Shown: piece by piece, positions 60,052 to 64,000 of the stretch
Layout: every line of letters starts with the position of its first letter
How positions within the stretch are numbered: the first letter of the stretch is position 1
Virus record (IMG/VR): IMGVR_UViG_3300032268_001383
Coordinates: 1-64,000 of that record
Reading direction: 5' to 3' (one strand)
From: a virus
Length of the DNA stretch: 64,000 bases
Program-made: the position numbers and the translations under genes
The notes under the pieces: generated by a model
Seen by the model: the letters and a program-made list of their open reading frames with translations, nothing else
The model's database searches: none
What the model was told of the DNA's origin: nothing

Positions 60052-60696
60052 TTAGTATTTGTTTAATATATTATTGTCCGATTGGACATATTCACCTAAT
60101 TCATTTCTTTGTAAAATATTGCCTATTTCATCAAATTTATAAAATTTATAAGCATCTTCTTGTCTTTCTACTAAGTAATAGTTATTTGGGTTGAGATTAA
60201 GGTATTCTTTAAGATTTGTTTTTTGTTTTTCGTAAGAATGTCTTAGATAATCCGTTGGTACATTTCTATCTCTTTGGATATTACCTATCTGAGCCATTTC
60301 CAAGCTACCTATCAAGTGAATAAAAATTATATCGAATCCATTCTGAATAGACTTATTGTAAATATTTTTAATATTTTCGAGTTGAGTTCCGGTTGTATCA
60401 TAGATAAATGATGTTCCATTGTCGATAAAATAAAATAATCTATCTAAATTTAATTTAGAAGCTGTAGAATGATATGATTTTGGATCTTTAGTGAATTTTA
60501 AAGAGACATCGTCAGTAGAGAATGTTTTTATATTCGGATTTCTTGGTTGGATAAATTTAGAAATGAAAGTCGATTTACCAATTCCAGGTGTGCCGAGTAA
60601 AATCACACCTAATCTATTAGAACGTGTTAATTTTGGAATTGGATCGTTCTTTGAATGTTCCTCAAGAAATTTAGTAAAGCTAAAAATATTCATCAT
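60052..60696 (-). CDS. P-loop kinase (AAA_33/zeta-toxin-like) with leader MMNIFSFTKFLEE
   Basis: GTPGIGKST, 'STDD', 'FIYDTTG', 'QRDRNVP'. Confidence 0.75.
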   Translation of the reverse strand: MMNIFSFTKFLEEHSKNDPIPKLTRSNRLGVILLGTPGIGKSTFISKFIQPRNPNIKTFSTDDVSLKFTKDPKSYHSTASKLNLDRLFYFIDNGTSFIYDTTGTQLENIKNIYNKSIQNGFDIIFIHLIGSLEMAQIGNIQRDRNVPTDYLRHSYEKQKTNLKEYLNLNPNNYYLVERQEDAYKFYKFDEIGNILQRNELGEYVQSDNNILNKY

Positions 60697-61499
60697 TATT
60701 TTAGTGTAATTTTCAATAAGTCACCTGTTTTTTCTTTGGTATAAGAACCTGGTATACAACTATCAAATATAAGTCTAATTTTTTCCTCCATAGATTCTGG
60801 AGTAAAATGATCCTCCTTTGCATCATCTTTGTTTAAAAAAATTATCAAATTGACAGCATTTAATAGTTTTTCCATTTGAAAAATTAAAGAACTACCTTCA
60901 ACTTTTAAGTATGTTTTTAACTTATTTTCTATTTTCCATTCTCTAATAATTGATGATGGTAATATTCCACTTCCAAAATTTTGTAATAGTAGAATCTCAT
61001 CAGAAAGTGCCTTTGCTGCTATTTTGGGAAAATTATCTAAAGCATTATTTTGCTCTAGCCACAATTTACCATAAGGAAGTTGATGCCAACCATAGGAAAA
61101 TTTTATGGTTATGTCATCTGATAAACTTGTATCGAGAGTATATCCAGCTAGTGGAAATTTAGAACCAGTCCATTTGTACAGAAAATAATCAAATGTTCCA
61201 AAGCTTCCATCTATAAGTTCATCTTGAATTTCTAATCTATATTTGGAGAATAGGGAAGAGAGACTGGATTCATCCCAGCCTAAATCATACAAGTCTGATT
61301 CTATTATATCTAAATCTTTATCTGGGTCTCTTTCAGATCGTGCTAATTTGCTATAAGATTTAACCATTTCTTTTTCGTCACCGGAAAATCTTCTGTATTG
61401 TTCTATCAATTTTTTAAAATCCTCCAAGAATTTTTCAAGTGCTTTCTCTTGTTCTAATTCAACTTGTATACCTTTAATATTTAGTTTAATATTGGTCAT
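60696..61499 (-). CDS. hypothetical protein
   Basis: 267-aa coupled ORF. Confidence 0.65.
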   Translation of the reverse strand: MTNIKLNIKGIQVELEQEKALEKFLEDFKKLIEQYRRFSGDEKEMVKSYSKLARSERDPDKDLDIIESDLYDLGWDESSLSSLFSKYRLEIQDELIDGSFGTFDYFLYKWTGSKFPLAGYTLDTSLSDDITIKFSYGWHQLPYGKLWLEQNNALDNFPKIAAKALSDEILLLQNFGSGILPSSIIREWKIENKLKTYLKVEGSSLIFQMEKLLNAVNLIIFLNKDDAKEDHFTPESMEEKIRLIFDSCIPGSYTKEKTGDLLKITLK

Positions 61500-61540
61500 C
61501 TTATATTTATCATTTATTCTATATATAAAAATAGATTTTA

Positions 61541-62500
61541 CTAAAATTCCCTACTAGATAAATATTGAAGAAAGTCAAAACTGTTATCTTGAAAGTTTAA
61601 CATTTCTCTATTGATAGATACAGGTTCAATATCACTTAAATCTAATTTCCTTTCAAAAATTATTTCAGCAGCATCTTTTCCACTTTTACAATGCCAAGTC
61701 TTGTTCCTAATACCACATAGATTAAAAAATTTAGACAAAATTGCACCTGTTTTCCAACCTACCTGATCATTATCACAAAGTATATTAATCGATGATGGTT
61801 TACTTTCCAATAACCTATACAATTGAATAGAAGACCACATTGCACTCGATACAGAAACTGCGTTCAGTCCAATAGATTTGAGTGACATCATATCAAATAA
61901 ACCCTCACAAATCCAAACTTCATCCATTTCTTTTTCTAAACCCCAAACATCTATATCGGGTATAGCTAAAGAATACTTCAACTTACCAACAGAAGAGATT
62001 TTACGAATTGTACAATTTTTTAGTATACCTGATTCAAAAAGAGGGATAATTATTCCTTCTTCCGGGAAATTTGGGTCGAGAAATGTATTGAGTAGTGGAT
62101 GAAGCGAGAAATTTAATTTATTAAGTATATCATGATCTTGAATAAATGAAACCCCGCTTAACGAATATTGATTTATAATATCTTCATTGATTCCTCTCGA
62201 GTTTAGAAATTTCGATTCAGTATCCGAAAATTTACCAGTATTCTCGAATATTTGTGTGGATAGACAGGAAATATCTGATATTTTTAGTTGGACATCTTCT
62301 GAATCTAAATTCAATTTGGATTTGTCTATTTCTATGAACCTCTCAAAGTTATTATAAATTTTCTTCACCCAATTGAGTTTTTTTTCAACTTCTAATAATA
62401 TTTTGGTGTCGATATCTTTCGGTAAAAAATTCTTGACAACCCCTTTAACACTACGGTTGTTATATAAGATATATGCTAGTTCTTCATTAGTATAATTCAT
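61541..62500 (-). CDS. primase-like TOPRIM protein
   Basis: 'FLNSRGI', 'IIIPL', 'VWICEGLFDMMSL', 'CDNDQVG', 'KDAAE'. Confidence 0.75.
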   Translation of the reverse strand: MNYTNEELAYILYNNRSVKGVVKNFLPKDIDTKILLEVEKKLNWVKKIYNNFERFIEIDKSKLNLDSEDVQLKISDISCLSTQIFENTGKFSDTESKFLNSRGINEDIINQYSLSGVSFIQDHDILNKLNFSLHPLLNTFLDPNFPEEGIIIPLFESGILKNCTIRKISSVGKLKYSLAIPDIDVWGLEKEMDEVWICEGLFDMMSLKSIGLNAVSVSSAMWSSIQLYRLLESKPSSINILCDNDQVGWKTGAILSKFFNLCGIRNKTWHCKSGKDAAEIIFERKLDLSDIEPVSINREMLNFQDNSFDFLQYLSSREF

Positions 62501-62517
62501 AGTTTATATATAGAAAA

Positions 62518-62545
62518 AAACTGGTTAGATTTCTCTAACCAGTTT
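62518..62545 (-). terminator. intrinsic terminator downstream of phoH
   Basis: aaactggttaga-tttc-tctaaccagttt with adjacent A-tract. Confidence 0.75.
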
Positions 62546-62549
62546 AATT

Positions 62550-63359
62550 TTAAATCCCGTTTTGAAATTTATATTTTTCATATCTGTTGACTAAATCAAT
62601 CAAGAATTTATTTCTAACAATGTCTTCTGATGTAAATTTATGATAATACACATCACCTAACAACGTTTTATACTCAGTAATATCAGCTACATCATCTTCT
62701 TTGAAATTATATTCACCAGTAATTATCGAAATAAAATCTAAAAACTTTGAATCTTTCTTTTTAATATCATATTGAGAAACATCACCCATCATCATTGCTT
62801 TTGAGTCTTTACCTAAACGAGTTGCCCACAACATTAATTGATGCATAGTACAATTTTGAGCTTCATCCAATAACATTATTGAATGGTCGTACGTAGTTCC
62901 TCTCATGTAAGCGAGCGGTTCAACGACTATTTCTCCCGTTGATTTTAAGAATTCGAATGTTTGTCCTCCTAAAATTTTTTTGAAATTAGAGAAATAAGAT
63001 TGCATATAAGGATCTGTTTTTTCCTGGATTGTGCCGGGCAAGAAGCCTAAATTCTCCCCTGATTCTTGAATTGGTTTAGTTAAAATAATCTTTTCAATTT
63101 TTTTATCAGCTAAGAGTCCTATCGCAGCGTAACAAGCTATAAAGGTCTTTGAAGAACCTGCGGGACCTTGGCAAATTGTAAGAGTGTTATTCCTAATTCC
63201 TTTATACAGGTTAGTTTGTTTTTCGGATAGAGAAATAGTTTGTTGTACTTTTTCCCATTCGCTTTTGGTAATACCCGACTTTCTGTTAGTTCTAGTTTTG
63301 TAGTGGTCATCGGCCATTTGTTGCATTTCACCTTGTTGTTTTTGTTTTTCCTTACTCAT
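62550..63359 (-). CDS. phoH: PhoH-like ATPase
   Basis: GPAGSSKT, 'ENLGFLPG', 'LAYMRGTT', 'DEAQN', 'GDVSQ', 'DIVRN'. Confidence 0.93.
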   Translation of the reverse strand: MSKEKQKQQGEMQQMADDHYKTRTNRKSGITKSEWEKVQQTISLSEKQTNLYKGIRNNTLTICQGPAGSSKTFIACYAAIGLLADKKIEKIILTKPIQESGENLGFLPGTIQEKTDPYMQSYFSNFKKILGGQTFEFLKSTGEIVVEPLAYMRGTTYDHSIMLLDEAQNCTMHQLMLWATRLGKDSKAMMMGDVSQYDIKKKDSKFLDFISIITGEYNFKEDDVADITEYKTLLGDVYYHKFTSEDIVRNKFLIDLVNRYEKYKFQNGI

Positions 63360-63471
63360 AGGCTTGGTTATTTTTTGATGGATTGAATCCGTAATCTATT
63401 TATTTTTTATTGAACTTTCTCTCAAGCTGAAAAGCTCAACTTTAATATATAATCATAAATGATTTTATTTG

Positions 63472-63687
63472 ATGAAAGATAGAGAAGAACTTTTGGTGGG
63501 TTTAATTTTCGGTGCAGATACCGAATATTCTATCAATATTTCAGATTATATAGAGGAAGTATATAAATATGATAGATTTGTAGTTGAAATAAAATCTATC
63601 CTGAAAAAATCAAAAGTTTCTATAATTAGAGAAAGTTTAGAATTAGATAAAAACGGTCCGATTTGGACAATAAAAGTAAAAAAATAA
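63472..63687 (+). CDS. small hypothetical protein
   Basis: ATG at 63472 after TAATATATA (63443-63451). Confidence 0.6.
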   Translation: MKDREELLVGLIFGADTEYSINISDYIEEVYKYDRFVVEIKSILKKSKVSIIRESLELDKNGPIWTIKVKK

Positions 63688-63688
63688 T

Positions 63689-64000
63689 ATGTTTGTAAGA
63701 AATACGGATACTGGTAAATGGTTCAATCAAATTGATACTCTATCAAAGGATAATTATGACGATTTAAGACAAGATTTAGAAAAAGTTAGGCTTTATTCCA
63801 AATGTTTAAGTGGATCTACTTATTTACCAATTGATGGTTTTGAAAATATATACAATACTTTTGACATCCAAAAAATTGGATTTTATATTAGTGAATCTAA
63901 TACGCAAGTCAGAAGACCACTCAATGGACCAGTGATTCCACTAACAAGTAATAACTCTGATGAATTTTACACAAAGTATTTGAAAGAAAATGCTTTCACT
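63689..64000 (+). CDS. hypothetical protein, 3' truncated (MFVRNTDTGKWFNQ...)
   Basis: Not in the ORF track; ATG one base after the upstream stop, frame open to window end. Confidence 0.65.
   Translation, partial: MFVRNTDTGKWFNQIDTLSKDNYDDLRQDLEKVRLYSKCLSGSTYLPIDGFENIYNTFDIQKIGFYISESNTQVRRPLNGPVIPLTSNNSDEFYTKYLKENAFT

Noticed and set aside
1-64000. Stop-codon reassignment as in some huge phages
   Set aside because: Conserved genes are full length in the standard code and end properly at TAA, TAG and TGA
1-64000. tRNA, tmRNA, CRISPR array or diversity-generating retroelement
   Set aside because: Intergenic gaps are short and AT-rich; no cloverleaf, spaced repeats or reverse transcriptase recognised by eye (a covariance-model scan would be needed to fully exclude ncRNA)

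Overview
Very AT-rich, gene-dense window (standard genetic code) from a jumbo/huge tailed phage with T4-like replication genes. It encodes a gp32-like SSB, a gp46/SbcC ATPase, a TOPRIM primase-like protein, PhoH, a Dam-like methylase, very large virion proteins, a collagen/beta-helix fibre module, an amidase endolysin, and host-like genes (S1, bS21, SmpB, ECF-type sigma, DnaJ, thioredoxin, ferritin, CoaE-like). TAnnTTTG promoters, A-rich initiation regions without a Shine-Dalgarno and a Bacteroidia-type bS21 point to a Bacteroidota host. Main unexplained structure: about 15 otherwise unrelated genes share a basic/aromatic N-terminal leader ending in (F/L)-x-E, reminiscent of the T4 capsid-targeting sequence. 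One of these genes is flanked by a 51-bp direct repeat that includes the leader-coding DNA, and an M16 peptidase sits inside that array. Also visible: three candidate promoter classes, a recurrent C-terminal R-E-x-(K/N)-(L/I)-x-x-I-(L/I) motif, non-ATG starts, and a sigma factor with a 68-aa insertion in its HTH. No tRNA, rRNA, tmRNA or CRISPR array was recognised. All product calls come from motif recognition by eye, without database searches.
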